A stretch of 64,000 nt of DNA. Origin: an uncultured Candidatus Saccharibacteria bacterium. Its GTDB lineage: Bacteria > Patescibacteriota > Saccharimonadia > Saccharimonadales > CAYZZS01. The DNA lies in assembly GCA_964483035.1 (NCBI GenBank), contig CAYZZS010000002.1, positions 24,872 to 88,871 of the forward strand, in the 5' to 3' direction. The position numbers and the translations under genes were made by a program. The notes below the pieces were generated by a model. The model ran no database searches, was not told where the DNA came from, and saw only the letters and a list, made by a program, of their open reading frames with translations. This document shows, piece by piece, positions 48,433 through 57,541 of the stretch. Positions within the stretch are counted from its first letter, which is position 1; every line of letters begins with the position of its first letter.

Positions 48433-48876
48433 TTAATAAGTATCTAGGTATGTCCGCGTTTCGTTATAGAGGGGGCGCATACGTAATTTTTCCGATATGG
48501 CTAATTCGGCGATGCGCTGTATGGATTTGTGGCGCTCTTGATGGAGTGTTATTGGTTCGTATGCTTCGCTTTCGATGATTGTTGTCAGATTATGGCCGTG
48601 TTGGGCAAGCTCCTCCCGGACGCTGCTGCGCCTCAGGAGCGCCCTGATTCTGTCGCTCAGTTTACCGCTCAGCTGGCCAACGACAGTGATGTGGATGTCC
48701 CGGATGTTGGCATCTATCCTCCCCTCGAGTATTCGCAGCGGATCCGGTTCGTATGATGACAGCTTGACTGAGTTGACCGAGGCGGCGGTTTCCGGCTGGC
48801 GCATCATGAGGTTATCAAGCGCCATAAAGGCCTCGGCGAACCGGTCTGCTTCGGGTCGTTGCTCGTGTATGGTCAT
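48433..48876 (-). CDS. Hypothetical protein (147 aa)
   Basis: No motif. Confidence 0.4.
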   Translation of the reverse strand: MTIHEQRPEADRFAEAFMALDNLMMRQPETAASVNSVKLSSYEPDPLRILEGRIDANIRDIHITVVGQLSGKLSDRIRALLRRSSVREELAQHGHNLTTIIESEAYEPITLHQERHKSIQRIAELAISEKLRMRPLYNETRTYLDTY

Positions 48877-48993
48877 AGTCGCTGTTTAGGGTAGCAGCGG
48901 TGGGGGGGTTTCGCAAACTATGAGATGATGCCGTACATTTTCAAGCTCGCTTATGTTTGCAATTGTTGATAATACATGGCAAGCTAGCCACGT

Positions 48994-49671
48994 ATGACAG
49001 TAAGCGGCGATATTCCACGCAGCGATAAGTACAGGTATGAAGTCCCTCTGGACAAGGCAGAGGTTATGGCTCTCCGTGATGACGTGATATGGCCGGCGGC
49101 CAATCAAGCGTGGGGCGGTGATTTTCTGCACGAGTCAAATCATTTGGAAAGCGCTGTAATCAGCCGCAAGCGCCAGCGGGCAAATGGCCTGGCGCGCTTT
49201 GCCTTGAAGTTGGAGTGTTGGCTGGATAGTGGCGACGATGACCTGGAGGACGCTGACATGGTTCGCTCAGCAACACTCAGTATCGCCGAGCACATTCCGG
49301 AATTGAACCGTGAGCTGCACAAGGCGGCTGGTTTTGTTACGCATGAAACGGAAGAGTGGGATGACGATGATAACGAAAATGCAATGCAAGCCTGGAGGGT
49401 GACGAAGTACATCTTTGAAGTTCCGTCAGACGCTGTGGTGAATAAGTTCGAAGAGTATCAGCTGTGGGATCATTATGATGAAGTGGCGTGGAATGACCGA
49501 GAGGAAACGATTAGTAATATAACTGATGAGCTGGATGAGGAAGTTCGCAAGCAGCTGGACGAGGTGCTTGAGGGGTATATCGATGCCTGGTACGAAACAA
49601 TCACGTACCGTGACATCAGAAATATCATCGAAGCGATTGCCGGTCTCGGCATGTTACGGGATACTGCATAA
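48994..49671 (+). CDS. Hypothetical highly acidic protein (225 aa)
   Basis: D/E-rich (WDDDDNENAMQAW); no motif. Confidence 0.4.
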   Translation: MTVSGDIPRSDKYRYEVPLDKAEVMALRDDVIWPAANQAWGGDFLHESNHLESAVISRKRQRANGLARFALKLECWLDSGDDDLEDADMVRSATLSIAEHIPELNRELHKAAGFVTHETEEWDDDDNENAMQAWRVTKYIFEVPSDAVVNKFEEYQLWDHYDEVAWNDREETISNITDELDEEVRKQLDEVLEGYIDAWYETITYRDIRNIIEAIAGLGMLRDTA

Positions 49672-49698
49672 TTCAATCATTCGAGGAGTACTTGCGCG

Positions 49699-50433
49699 AT
49701 GCAAAAGCGATTGATTCGGGAGTTTGAAGCGATAGCCTTTGACTTTGACGGCACGCTAGCTGATACCGAGCGGACACACATGGCAGCGAGGATCGAAGCG
49801 TACCGACAGCTTGGGGACGAGCTTGGTGATGAGCGCTACGCTGCTATTTCCGTGCGCGTTCACGAAGCGGCATCGCTGCACGGCAGTCATCCGGAGTCTA
49901 TCAACGCCTGGATTATGAGGCAGGCCGGTATTGTCAGTGATGCTCAGGATGAGCGGGTGCACGCTGTCGTAGAGCGAAAAAATCAGTTGTACTGGGAGAT
50001 TACAGCTAGGGGCATGGATGAGGTCCCGGGCGCGGTCCGGTTTGTCCGCAAGGCAGCAGTTCGCCGTCCCGGGAAACTGGCGATCGTCACGACTGCACAC
50101 CGGCAGCAGGAGGTTATGCCGTTTCTGATGCGCCATAAACTGAATCGGACATTTCCTGATGCGAGCATTGTAGCGAGAGAAGACGTTGAGCACCTGAAGC
50201 CGCACCCGGAGGGCTATGAGCGCGCTGCAGAAATATTGCGAGTCAAGTCAGCGGAGCGACTGCTGGTCATTGAGGACAGTCCGAGGGGTATTGAGTCAGC
50301 GAAAGCTGCCGGAGCCTTCGTGGTTGGCATAATGACCACACGCACCGCTGCTGAGTTGGCCGGAGCTGACGTGCAGCATAAACCAAACGCCATTGCCCGC
50401 AATTACGATGAGCTGGCAGAAATGGTGCTATGA
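49699..50433 (+). CDS. HAD-superfamily hydrolase (beta-phosphoglucomutase-like subfamily IA)
   Basis: FDFDGTLADTE motif I, TTAH, EDSPRGIESAKAAGA motif. Confidence 0.75.
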   Translation: MQKRLIREFEAIAFDFDGTLADTERTHMAARIEAYRQLGDELGDERYAAISVRVHEAASLHGSHPESINAWIMRQAGIVSDAQDERVHAVVERKNQLYWEITARGMDEVPGAVRFVRKAAVRRPGKLAIVTTAHRQQEVMPFLMRHKLNRTFPDASIVAREDVEHLKPHPEGYERAAEILRVKSAERLLVIEDSPRGIESAKAAGAFVVGIMTTRTAAELAGADVQHKPNAIARNYDELAEMVL

Positions 50434-50443
50434 TTAGTGCAAT

Positions 50444-51025
50444 ATGGCGGTAATACTGCTCCGACACGGTGAAAGTCAGGCAAACCACAGTGGGGTTTTT
50501 GCTGGGTCGCAAGCTGATCCCAGTCTGACTGACCGGGGTAGAATCCAGGCATTCAACGCCGGATGGCGGCTGAATAAACTGGCAAAGTTTGATCGGATAA
50601 TAACTTCGCCTGCCAGCCGAACCCGAGAGACGGCGGATATCGTCAAGCGAGAGATCGGGGTGTGGGATGTGCAAATTGATCCGCGGCTTGTGGAATATGA
50701 CACTGGGGCCATGACTGGCCGCTGTCCCGAGGAGTTGGGCGAGCGCTCTATTCACACGGTTCCTGGGGCAGAGAATGTGTACGGCTTTGTAAACCGCACG
50801 GTTGAAGCCGTGCTCGATCATCAGGATGTGCCGGTTAATACATTGATAATCGCGCATCGGGGGACCAGTATGGTGGTTGCCGGACTGCTAAAGGGGCTTG
50901 ATCCGCAAGATCTCTATGACCATGCTCCCTCCCTTGAGAATGGGGAGTTTATGAGTGTGGATGTGGCGGCATTGGGCTCTGTTGTGCTAAGCCTGTCAAC
51001 AATGGATCGACCAGCCGTCACATGA
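50444..51025 (+). CDS. Histidine phosphatase family protein (phosphoglycerate-mutase-like)
   Basis: LLRHGESQAN catalytic RHG motif, second His in AHRGT. Confidence 0.8.
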   Translation: MAVILLRHGESQANHSGVFAGSQADPSLTDRGRIQAFNAGWRLNKLAKFDRIITSPASRTRETADIVKREIGVWDVQIDPRLVEYDTGAMTGRCPEELGERSIHTVPGAENVYGFVNRTVEAVLDHQDVPVNTLIIAHRGTSMVVAGLLKGLDPQDLYDHAPSLENGEFMSVDVAALGSVVLSLSTMDRPAVT

Positions 51026-51033
51026 TAATCAAC

Positions 51034-51062
51034 TTGCAAAATTAACAAACTTATGCTAATAT
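51034..51062 (+). promoter_or_regulatory. Near-consensus sigma70 promoter (TTGCAA-17-TAATAT) for the 51106 gene
   Basis: Exact 17-nt spacing; A/C-rich roughly 37-nt leader without SD. Confidence 0.5.
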
Positions 51063-51105
51063 ACGTTTTGTTACTACAAAAACAAATAACAACTAAGCAG
51101 CTATC

Positions 51106-51525
51106 ATGAGTAAAGAGCAGGAATTATTTTTACCAGAAGTAGATAAAACCCAAGAGAAGTTCAATGAATTTGTTGAACGCGGGGAAGAAGACAAGGATCG
51201 AATAAAAGATTTAAAGCGCTTGACTGGAGCGACCAGCGACAAAGAGCTCAGTCATATAGACACAGCAGCGCAAGTGCGCTTGCGGAAAGAGATGCAGGGT
51301 GAGCTATCGCAGCTGGAGGCAGCTTATCCTCGTGCGCTAGGTTCGTTTATTGCAGAAAAGGCAGTCTCTGTCGTTCCGGTGACGCCTGAAGCGGACACCT
51401 ATCCGCTTCACGATCAGATTGATATTTCAGAGACTGCGGAAGAGTTGGCTAAAGAAGCGTCAGACTACCTGCAGTTGCAGAATCCCGGGGCTTCTGAAGC
51501 TGGAAATCCCCATTCAATAACATAA
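51106..51525 (+). CDS. Hypothetical protein (139 aa)
   Basis: No motif. Confidence 0.4.
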   Translation: MSKEQELFLPEVDKTQEKFNEFVERGEEDKDRIKDLKRLTGATSDKELSHIDTAAQVRLRKEMQGELSQLEAAYPRALGSFIAEKAVSVVPVTPEADTYPLHDQIDISETAEELAKEASDYLQLQNPGASEAGNPHSIT

Positions 51526-51549
51526 GCACTATAAGCTATAATTAGGTTA

Positions 51550-52374
51550 ATGGATCATACGACCCGACAGGGAATGCAATTTATTGCGCAGATGCGCGCT
51601 CAGGGTATGAGTGACGAAATGATTCGTCAGCAGCTTTTGGGTGCCGGCTGGCCGATGGACGTCGTGCAGCGGCTGATGATTTCCGCAATGCGAACCCAAA
51701 GTGCGCCGGTCAAGAAGAGTAGCGGCCTGCTGCTGCCATTGGTCATCGGTCTGGTGGTGGTGCTGGCCGTAGGTGCGGGCGGCGCAGTGTGGTATCTGAC
51801 TAGTCAGCAGCAGGAGCCCGAAAATCATGGGGCAACCCAGAACCAGCAACAGCAAGATGAGACGAATCCGGGAGTGCAAACCGAACCTCCCGGGACGAGC
51901 GGCGGAGAGGAATTGCTCGCCACCTTCACCGACTCGAATTTTTCTATTGATTTGCCGCAATCGTGGTTTGAGGACAGCAAGTACAAGACGGGCGCAGAGC
52001 AGGTGTCATTCTTTAGTCCAGAGCATTTGGTCGACGAGAACCGTGAGAAAGCGGCTACGATGAAGATTTCGGTCAGTACCGACATGACTACCGACCGCCT
52101 GGCTAAACGCCTGGAGTCGATCACACAGCAGGGCGGCACGTATCAGGCAGCAATGGATGAGCCGATTTTTCTCGGCGGCAAAACCGGCCGGATTATTGAT
52201 ATTGTCTATACGACTGCCCAGCAGCCAGACAAGCAGGTGCGGTTGATGATGCTGGATGTGCCGGGGACTAGCATGCGCTACTTTGTAGAAGTTACTGGCA
52301 ATAACGTCCACTGGGAAACACTGCATGCCGCCAAGGCCGATATGATGCTACGGTCATTTAGGCAGCTGCGCTAG
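51550..52374 (+). CDS. Membrane protein with N-terminal AGWP helical module, single TM, Q-rich linker and extracytoplasmic domain
   Basis: N-terminus MQFIAQMRAQGMSDEMIRQQLLGAGWPMDVVQRLM resembles the N-terminus of the ABC exporter at 22859. Confidence 0.5.
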   Translation: MDHTTRQGMQFIAQMRAQGMSDEMIRQQLLGAGWPMDVVQRLMISAMRTQSAPVKKSSGLLLPLVIGLVVVLAVGAGGAVWYLTSQQQEPENHGATQNQQQQDETNPGVQTEPPGTSGGEELLATFTDSNFSIDLPQSWFEDSKYKTGAEQVSFFSPEHLVDENREKAATMKISVSTDMTTDRLAKRLESITQQGGTYQAAMDEPIFLGGKTGRIIDIVYTTAQQPDKQVRLMMLDVPGTSMRYFVEVTGNNVHWETLHAAKADMMLRSFRQLR

Positions 52375-52393
52375 TTGCTTATACTATAGAAGT

Positions 52394-53005
52394 ATGAATC
52401 CGGAAGTAGATGCTTACATACGGTCACTTGACGCACCTTGGAAGCAGGAAATTATGCGTACGCTCAGAGACTGCGTGCACGAAGCCGACCCCGAGATCAC
52501 CGAGGCGATCAAATGGGGAGCGCCCGCGTTTGAGCATAGCGGTCCAGTCGCCTGGATGTTTGCAGCGACGGAGTGGGCGCATTTCAGCTTTCCCCAGGGA
52601 GCGCTGCTGGATCAGAGCCACGGCCAGTTCGAGGAGGGGCCTGAGACTGAGAAAAAGGGCAAACGCACGCTCAAATTCAGGGCGGATGATACGATTCCGG
52701 TAGATCTAGTGATCCGACTGACCCGCCAGGCGGTACAGAACAATCTGAAGGGTAAGCGGGTGAGCTTTGGCGTCGCTAAGCCTGGCGTGCGCACATTTGA
52801 CCTGCCGCACGAGTATGAAGTGTGGCTGACGGAGCACGGACTGCTTGCGGAGTATCGTGAACGGCCCTATTACCAGCAGAAGGGCTGGATTCAGTGGATC
52901 GAGTCTGCCAAACGGGAGCAGACAAAAAGCAGGCGCCGGGATACCATGCTCGGTGAGCTTCGGGATGGGACGTACATGCCACCGAAGAACAGCAGTGGCC
53001 AGTAG
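52394..53005 (+). CDS. DUF1801 + YdeI/OmpD-associated family protein
   Basis: DAYI..L..PWKQEI..LR......P...E.IKWGAP.F N-terminal domain; C-terminal YYQQKGWIQWIESAKREQTKSRR. Confidence 0.65.
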   Translation: MNPEVDAYIRSLDAPWKQEIMRTLRDCVHEADPEITEAIKWGAPAFEHSGPVAWMFAATEWAHFSFPQGALLDQSHGQFEEGPETEKKGKRTLKFRADDTIPVDLVIRLTRQAVQNNLKGKRVSFGVAKPGVRTFDLPHEYEVWLTEHGLLAEYRERPYYQQKGWIQWIESAKREQTKSRRRDTMLGELRDGTYMPPKNSSGQ

Positions 53006-53065
53006 GGTTTTGTTTGCAACAGTGCACGACAGTAGTATAGTAAAAGTAATAGTCTAGGTAATATT

Positions 53066-53629
53066 TTGGAAAAAGTTAAAAGAAGATTTTATAACACAAT
53101 TTTTATGGCCGGCCTGATCGGTTCTATGGCGCTCGGCCATGAGATCGGACGGCGGTCCAATAATGTGCCGGAGTCTGACGTGCTGGATGCAAAAGGGGCG
53201 ATGGTGCGTGAGCAGTTCGGGTACATCCTGCTACCGGAGGCCGATGACTGCGAACGGGAAGCGCTCAGATCTATATTCGAGGGTACGATTAACGGTCAGC
53301 CAAGTAGCGAGCTACAGATGGCACGAACCAGCCGGGAAGGGACTATGACGGTGCTGGACGCGCAGTGCGGTTCGGCAGATTCGATGGAACGTGCCGATTT
53401 AGCCGCAGCAGCGGTTTCACAATTCGAGTACTCTGAAGACCTGCGGCAGGTGTACCTAAATAAGCAGGAGGCATCGGTGTATGAGATGGATGAGCGGATC
53501 CTATTTACAGCTCTAGGCGGACTGGCCATGGCGCTGCCAGCAACTTTAGCTTTGGCCTTCCGAAAAAGAAGCGGACAGCCTCGGCCAGCAGAAGTTGAAG
53601 CGCCGAGAGAGGAAGCAGTGGTATCATGA
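53066..53629 (+). CDS. Hypothetical protein (TTG start uncertain; possible ATG start at 53105)
   Basis: ORF with hydrophobic N- and C-terminal segments. Confidence 0.35.
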   Translation: MEKVKRRFYNTIFMAGLIGSMALGHEIGRRSNNVPESDVLDAKGAMVREQFGYILLPEADDCEREALRSIFEGTINGQPSSELQMARTSREGTMTVLDAQCGSADSMERADLAAAAVSQFEYSEDLRQVYLNKQEASVYEMDERILFTALGGLAMALPATLALAFRKRSGQPRPAEVEAPREEAVVS

Positions 53630-54255
53630 AAGGCAGGATGACCCGGAAACTAACCCAGAAAAAAAACCAGCGACCGGAGCGGGTGTTTGCCTTTATTGAT
53701 AGCCAGAACCTGAACTTAGGCAGTCAAAAGATGGGCTGGAAGGTTGACTGGGCGAAGTTTCGTAAGTACCTGCAGGACAAATACGGGGTAAGCCGGGCCT
53801 ATCTGTTTATCGGCTATGTACCGGAGTACGAACCGATGTACGAGCAGTTGCACGAGGCTGGGTATTTGATCGTACTGAAGCCAACGGTTGAGCTAACCCA
53901 GCCGCACAAGCACGACAATGGCCACTCTGAGCAGAAGGACGACAACGGCAAGGAGTCGAAGCCGACCATCAAGGGTAATATTGATGTCGAGTTGGTGCTT
54001 TATGCCATGAAAGAGATGCCGAATTACGATAAGGCGATTATCGTATCCGGTGACGGTGATTTCCATGCACTGGTGGAGTATCTGGCTAACAAGAAGCGTC
54101 TGCTGCACCTGATGACACCGAACTGGCAGTACTCTAGTCTACTCAAAGAGTTTGACGACTACATTATCCGCCTGGACGAGCATCGCCGCGAGCTGGCGTA
54201 CCGCGACCGGCGGACCCGCAAAATCAGCAAGCCCAAGAAAGCCAAAACCGAGTGA
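53626..54255 (+). CDS. NYN-domain (LabA-like) ribonuclease-fold protein
   Basis: VFAFIDSQNL, GNIDVELV, IVSGDGDF conserved Asp motifs. Confidence 0.8.
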   Translation: MKGRMTRKLTQKKNQRPERVFAFIDSQNLNLGSQKMGWKVDWAKFRKYLQDKYGVSRAYLFIGYVPEYEPMYEQLHEAGYLIVLKPTVELTQPHKHDNGHSEQKDDNGKESKPTIKGNIDVELVLYAMKEMPNYDKAIIVSGDGDFHALVEYLANKKRLLHLMTPNWQYSSLLKEFDDYIIRLDEHRRELAYRDRRTRKISKPKKAKTE

Positions 54256-54271
54256 TTGCTATAATGAAGCG

Positions 54272-54838
54272 ATGAAGCCTGGCAAGTCAAAGATTCCACC
54301 TCATGCCAAGCGGGTATTTGAAGGAGTTATTTACGAAATCTACCAATGGCAGCAGGAGATGTTCGACGGCTCGATTGAGACGTTTGAAGTAGCCAGACGG
54401 GCCGATGTGGTCAGTGTCATACCGGTTGTCGACGATCAAATATTGATTCTGCACGAGGAGCAACCGCATCATGGCAGCCGCATCAGTTTCCCAGGCGGCC
54501 GTATAGAGCCGGGCGAGGATCCGTTCACGGCAGCTCATCGGGAGCTGCGCGAAGAGACCGGCATGAAGTTTGGAAAACTGAAGCTGGTAATGATTGAAGA
54601 TATCGGTGGCGGCAAGCTGGATTGGACAGCGTATCGTTTTGTTGCCACCGATTTGATTGCAACCGAAGAGCAGCAGCAGGACCCGGGGGAGCGGATCCAG
54701 CCCGAGCTGGTTAGCTTTAGTAAGGCCAAGGAGAATTCGGTCGGCAATCTCTTTATGTCACTCGAAGTTATGAGTCAGGTGGAGTCGCTTGAGGCTCTGC
54801 TGGCCCTGCCGGCGGTGGAGCTGCCGGAGGCGGGCTGA
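54272..54838 (+). CDS. NUDIX hydrolase
   Basis: Nudix box GGRIEPGEDPFTAAHRELREETGM; start chosen at in-frame ATG 54272 (ORF tool start 54152 overlaps the NYN gene). Confidence 0.8.
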   Translation: MKPGKSKIPPHAKRVFEGVIYEIYQWQQEMFDGSIETFEVARRADVVSVIPVVDDQILILHEEQPHHGSRISFPGGRIEPGEDPFTAAHRELREETGMKFGKLKLVMIEDIGGGKLDWTAYRFVATDLIATEEQQQDPGERIQPELVSFSKAKENSVGNLFMSLEVMSQVESLEALLALPAVELPEAG

Positions 54839-54876
54839 TTGGCCGTAAGGCTGCTATACTAAATATTAAGACGCAT

Positions 54877-56133
54877 ATGGCTAAACATTTATTTCCAAAG
54901 GATTTTTTGTGGGGTGCCAGCACGGCAAGCCACCAGGTAGAGGGCGGTAATACCAACCAGTGGTCCGTCTGGGAGTTGGCAAACGCTCAGGAGCTGGCCA
55001 GAACAGCAAAAGCGCGGCTGGACTGGATGCCGAAATGGCCGGAGATCAAGGATGTTGCTCGTGACCCTGACAACTATGTTTCGGGCCGCGGTGTCGAGCA
55101 CTATAAGCGCTACAAACTAGACTTCGATATCGTCCGCAAGCTGAATCTCAACGCCTTCCGGTTTGGCATCGAGTGGGCCAGGATTGAGCCGCAAGAAGGG
55201 GTGTGGAGTCTGGAGGCGGTCGAGCATTACCGCGAGTATATCCGCGAAATGAAAGCGCGCGGTATCGAGCCAGTCCTGAACATTTGGCACTGGACAGTGC
55301 CAGTCTGGTTCGATGAGCTGGGCGGTTTTAAGAAGCGGAGTAATATCAAATACTTCGAACGCTTTGTCCGCAAAATTGCTGAGGAGTACGGCAAGGACAT
55401 CAACTACATCATCACCCTCAATGAGCCGAACGTTTTTGCCAGCTTTGGCTATCTAACGGGTGAGTGGCCACCACAGGAAAAGAGTGTCGTTAATTTTGTC
55501 AAAGTATATTGGAATCTGATGGTCGCGCATAAGCGGGCTTATACGATTATCAAGCGGCGCCGCAGTGGTATCCAGGTCGGCATCGCGCAGCAGCTAGCTA
55601 ACATCCAGCCAAAGCGACCGCATAACTACATTGACCATACGGCGACCAAATGGATGCGGTACTGGTGGAACTGGTGGTTTTTCAACCGCATCAAGCACTT
55701 CCAGGATTTCGTCGGCTTTAATTACTACTTTACTGACTACTACCAGGGGATTAGGCGGGCTAATCCGACCGTGCCGCTTAATGATCTGGCCTGGTATATG
55801 GAGCCGGAAGGTTTGCATCCGCTACTGGTGCGGGTTTGGGCGCATTACAAAAAGCCGATTATCGTTACTGAAAACGGCTTGGCTGATGCGAACGATGAGC
55901 ACCGACAGTGGTGGCTGCACGAGACGATGCTAGCCATGGAGCGTGCTATCAGCGAAGGAGTTGATGTGCGCGGCTACATGCACTGGAGTCTGCTTGATAA
56001 TTTTGAATGGAAGTACGGCTGGTGGCCGAAGTTCGGTTTAGTAGAAGTGGACCGCGAAAACGGTATGAAGCGCCGGGTGCGCCCCAGTGCAGTTTGGTGG
56101 GCGAAAGAGCTCAAGAGGATCCGCGGCCTGTAG
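54877..56133 (+). CDS. Glycoside hydrolase family 1 (beta-glucosidase-like)
   Basis: FLWGASTASHQVEG N-terminus, catalytic LNEP and ITENG motifs, HWSLLDNFEW. Confidence 0.85.
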   Translation: MAKHLFPKDFLWGASTASHQVEGGNTNQWSVWELANAQELARTAKARLDWMPKWPEIKDVARDPDNYVSGRGVEHYKRYKLDFDIVRKLNLNAFRFGIEWARIEPQEGVWSLEAVEHYREYIREMKARGIEPVLNIWHWTVPVWFDELGGFKKRSNIKYFERFVRKIAEEYGKDINYIITLNEPNVFASFGYLTGEWPPQEKSVVNFVKVYWNLMVAHKRAYTIIKRRRSGIQVGIAQQLANIQPKRPHNYIDHTATKWMRYWWNWWFFNRIKHFQDFVGFNYYFTDYYQGIRRANPTVPLNDLAWYMEPEGLHPLLVRVWAHYKKPIIVTENGLADANDEHRQWWLHETMLAMERAISEGVDVRGYMHWSLLDNFEWKYGWWPKFGLVEVDRENGMKRRVRPSAVWWAKELKRIRGL

Positions 56134-56150
56134 CTAACTTTGCAATAAAT

Positions 56151-56179
56151 TTGACATAAAACTAATATTGTGCTAATAT
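56151..56179 (+). promoter_or_regulatory. Near-consensus sigma70 promoter (TTGACA-17-TAATAT) giving a leaderless transcript
   Basis: Exact hexamers and spacing; predicted TSS 2-3 nt before ATG 56189. Confidence 0.5.
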
Positions 56180-56188
56180 GTAAGTGTT

Positions 56189-56356
56189 ATGTCAAAAAAC
56201 ACAAAACATACAACCAACAAAACACAAAAAAGTAACACCAGGCGTATGCCTGCCGGAGTGCTGGTCGGCGGCTTTGGCGATGAAGTCTATAGTGCCAAGT
56301 ATGGCCGCAGCAGCAGTGCGCCGGTCGTAGTTCTCTATAGGATTACGGGTATTTAA
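56189..56356 (+). CDS. Leaderless small ORF (55 aa; MSKNTKHTTNKTQKSNTRRMPAGVLVGGFGDEVYSAKYGRSSSAPVVVLYRITGI)
   Basis: Sits between a consensus promoter and a strong intrinsic terminator on the same strand; missed by the ORF track (below 60 aa). Confidence 0.35.
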   Translation: MSKNTKHTTNKTQKSNTRRMPAGVLVGGFGDEVYSAKYGRSSSAPVVVLYRITGI

Positions 56357-56409
56357 TCCTTCGCTATGGCCAAAGCGGCCGTGTATACAAAATAGCGTTG
56401 GGGCACGAT

Positions 56410-56446
56410 AAGCAGTCACTACATGTATGGTGGCTGCTTATTTTTT
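56410..56446 (+). terminator. Rho-independent terminator
   Basis: AAGCAGTCAC-(loop)-GTGGCTGCTT 10-bp stem (one G-U), followed by ATTTTTTG. Confidence 0.65.
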
Positions 56447-56499
56447 GCCAAACTGTGGATAGTTTGGCCCATTTTATCTGAAAAAAGCTCATAAAGTAC

Positions 56500-56551
56500 T
56501 TGCAAGTGGGTAATGGTGGGTAGTAAACTCATGTCAGTGGGTAATCGTGGG
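56500..56551 (+). promoter_or_regulatory. mraZ promoter (TTGCAA-18-TAAACT) overlapped by four GTGGG direct repeats = candidate MraZ operator
   Basis: GTGGG at 56506, 56516, 56537, 56547 (10-bp periodicity within pairs). E. coli MraZ binds TGGGN direct repeats in its own promoter. Confidence 0.5.
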
Positions 56552-56615
56552 TAGCCCAAAAAGATGACTACCAACGACAAAAATAAAAACCACTAGCAAA
56601 TTAAAGGGACAACCT

Positions 56616-56975
56616 GTGGCAACGGTAGACTACTTCGAACGAAAGCTTGACGACAAGCGCCGGTTAACCATACCGGCGGAGCTTAGGGCTGAGTTCGCGA
56701 GCGGAGTAGTCATAACCCGGGGCTTCAAGCAGTACCTGCACCTGTATCCCAAATCAGTATGGGATGAAGAAGTAGAACCGCAACTGAAGGGAAGTATCCT
56801 GGACGAGCAGATTGCGGATCTTAACGTACAGTTCCGATCGGGCAAATGCGAGAGTCCGCTCGATCAGAAGCAGGGCAGGGTAACACTTGAGCAGCACTTG
56901 CTCGACTACGCGGCAATCGATCGTGATGTCGTAGCGGTGCGCGCAGGAAGGTACTGGCGGCTTATGGCGGCATAG
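56616..56975 (+). CDS. mraZ: Transcriptional regulator MraZ (short form, 119 aa)
   Basis: First gene of dcw cluster; DDKRRLTIP and DQKQGRVTL = two DxxxR-type motifs; GTG start with AAGGG RBS. Confidence 0.75.
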   Translation: MATVDYFERKLDDKRRLTIPAELRAEFASGVVITRGFKQYLHLYPKSVWDEEVEPQLKGSILDEQIADLNVQFRSGKCESPLDQKQGRVTLEQHLLDYAAIDRDVVAVRAGRYWRLMAA

Positions 56976-57541
56976 TACGAAATTTGCGAACCAAGCAGCA
57001 CCTTAACAATCAGGCAAAAGACAGCACAAAACCGAATAATAGTAATTTATGCATGTTGCATTCGGATGAAGCGCAAGGCGACAGCACGGAGCGGACTGAG
57101 GCGTACGTTATGTACGACAAAGGAGCACTAGGGCTAGCAACGCAGCGATTCGCCGAAAGTAGCGGACAGAGTTCTGGTTCTGCCAGAAGTCAGGCCGATG
57201 CGATGCAATGGGCATAAAGGTTACCTATTCGGCAGTCAACAAGTGGGCTTTATAAGGAACCACTCTAAAAACCTTCGCACCTTATTTGAAAACACCTCCC
57301 AAAACTCCACCTCACACATAAGTCTCTCAAAACTTTCTAAGAGCTGTCAGAAGTGGTAGCAAAGATAATAATCTTTGCCAACGCCTTTCTTCTGGCATCA
57401 CGGCTTTTAGTACTTACAAAAACAAAAACTTACAAATCAAAAACAAAAAAGTTGGCTGCTGATTAGGTGACCTTGCTAAAACAAAAAATAAAAACAAAAA
57501 AGTGCACTCTATGACAATGTGCATGGGGTACACTAGCAAGT

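Noticed and set aside
56192-56419. 75-aa minus-strand ORF in the GH1-mraZ spacer
   Set aside because: It has no promoter or RBS. The plus strand carries a consensus promoter, a leaderless ATG and a terminator exactly bracketing a 55-aa ORF, so the plus-strand unit is preferred.
56506-56551. Short direct repeats (GTGGGTAAT(G/C)GTGGGTAG x2) considered as a possible mini-CRISPR or IS terminal repeat
   Set aside because: There are only two copies, 18 bp long, with no spacers or cas genes. Their position upstream of mraZ fits an MraZ operator.
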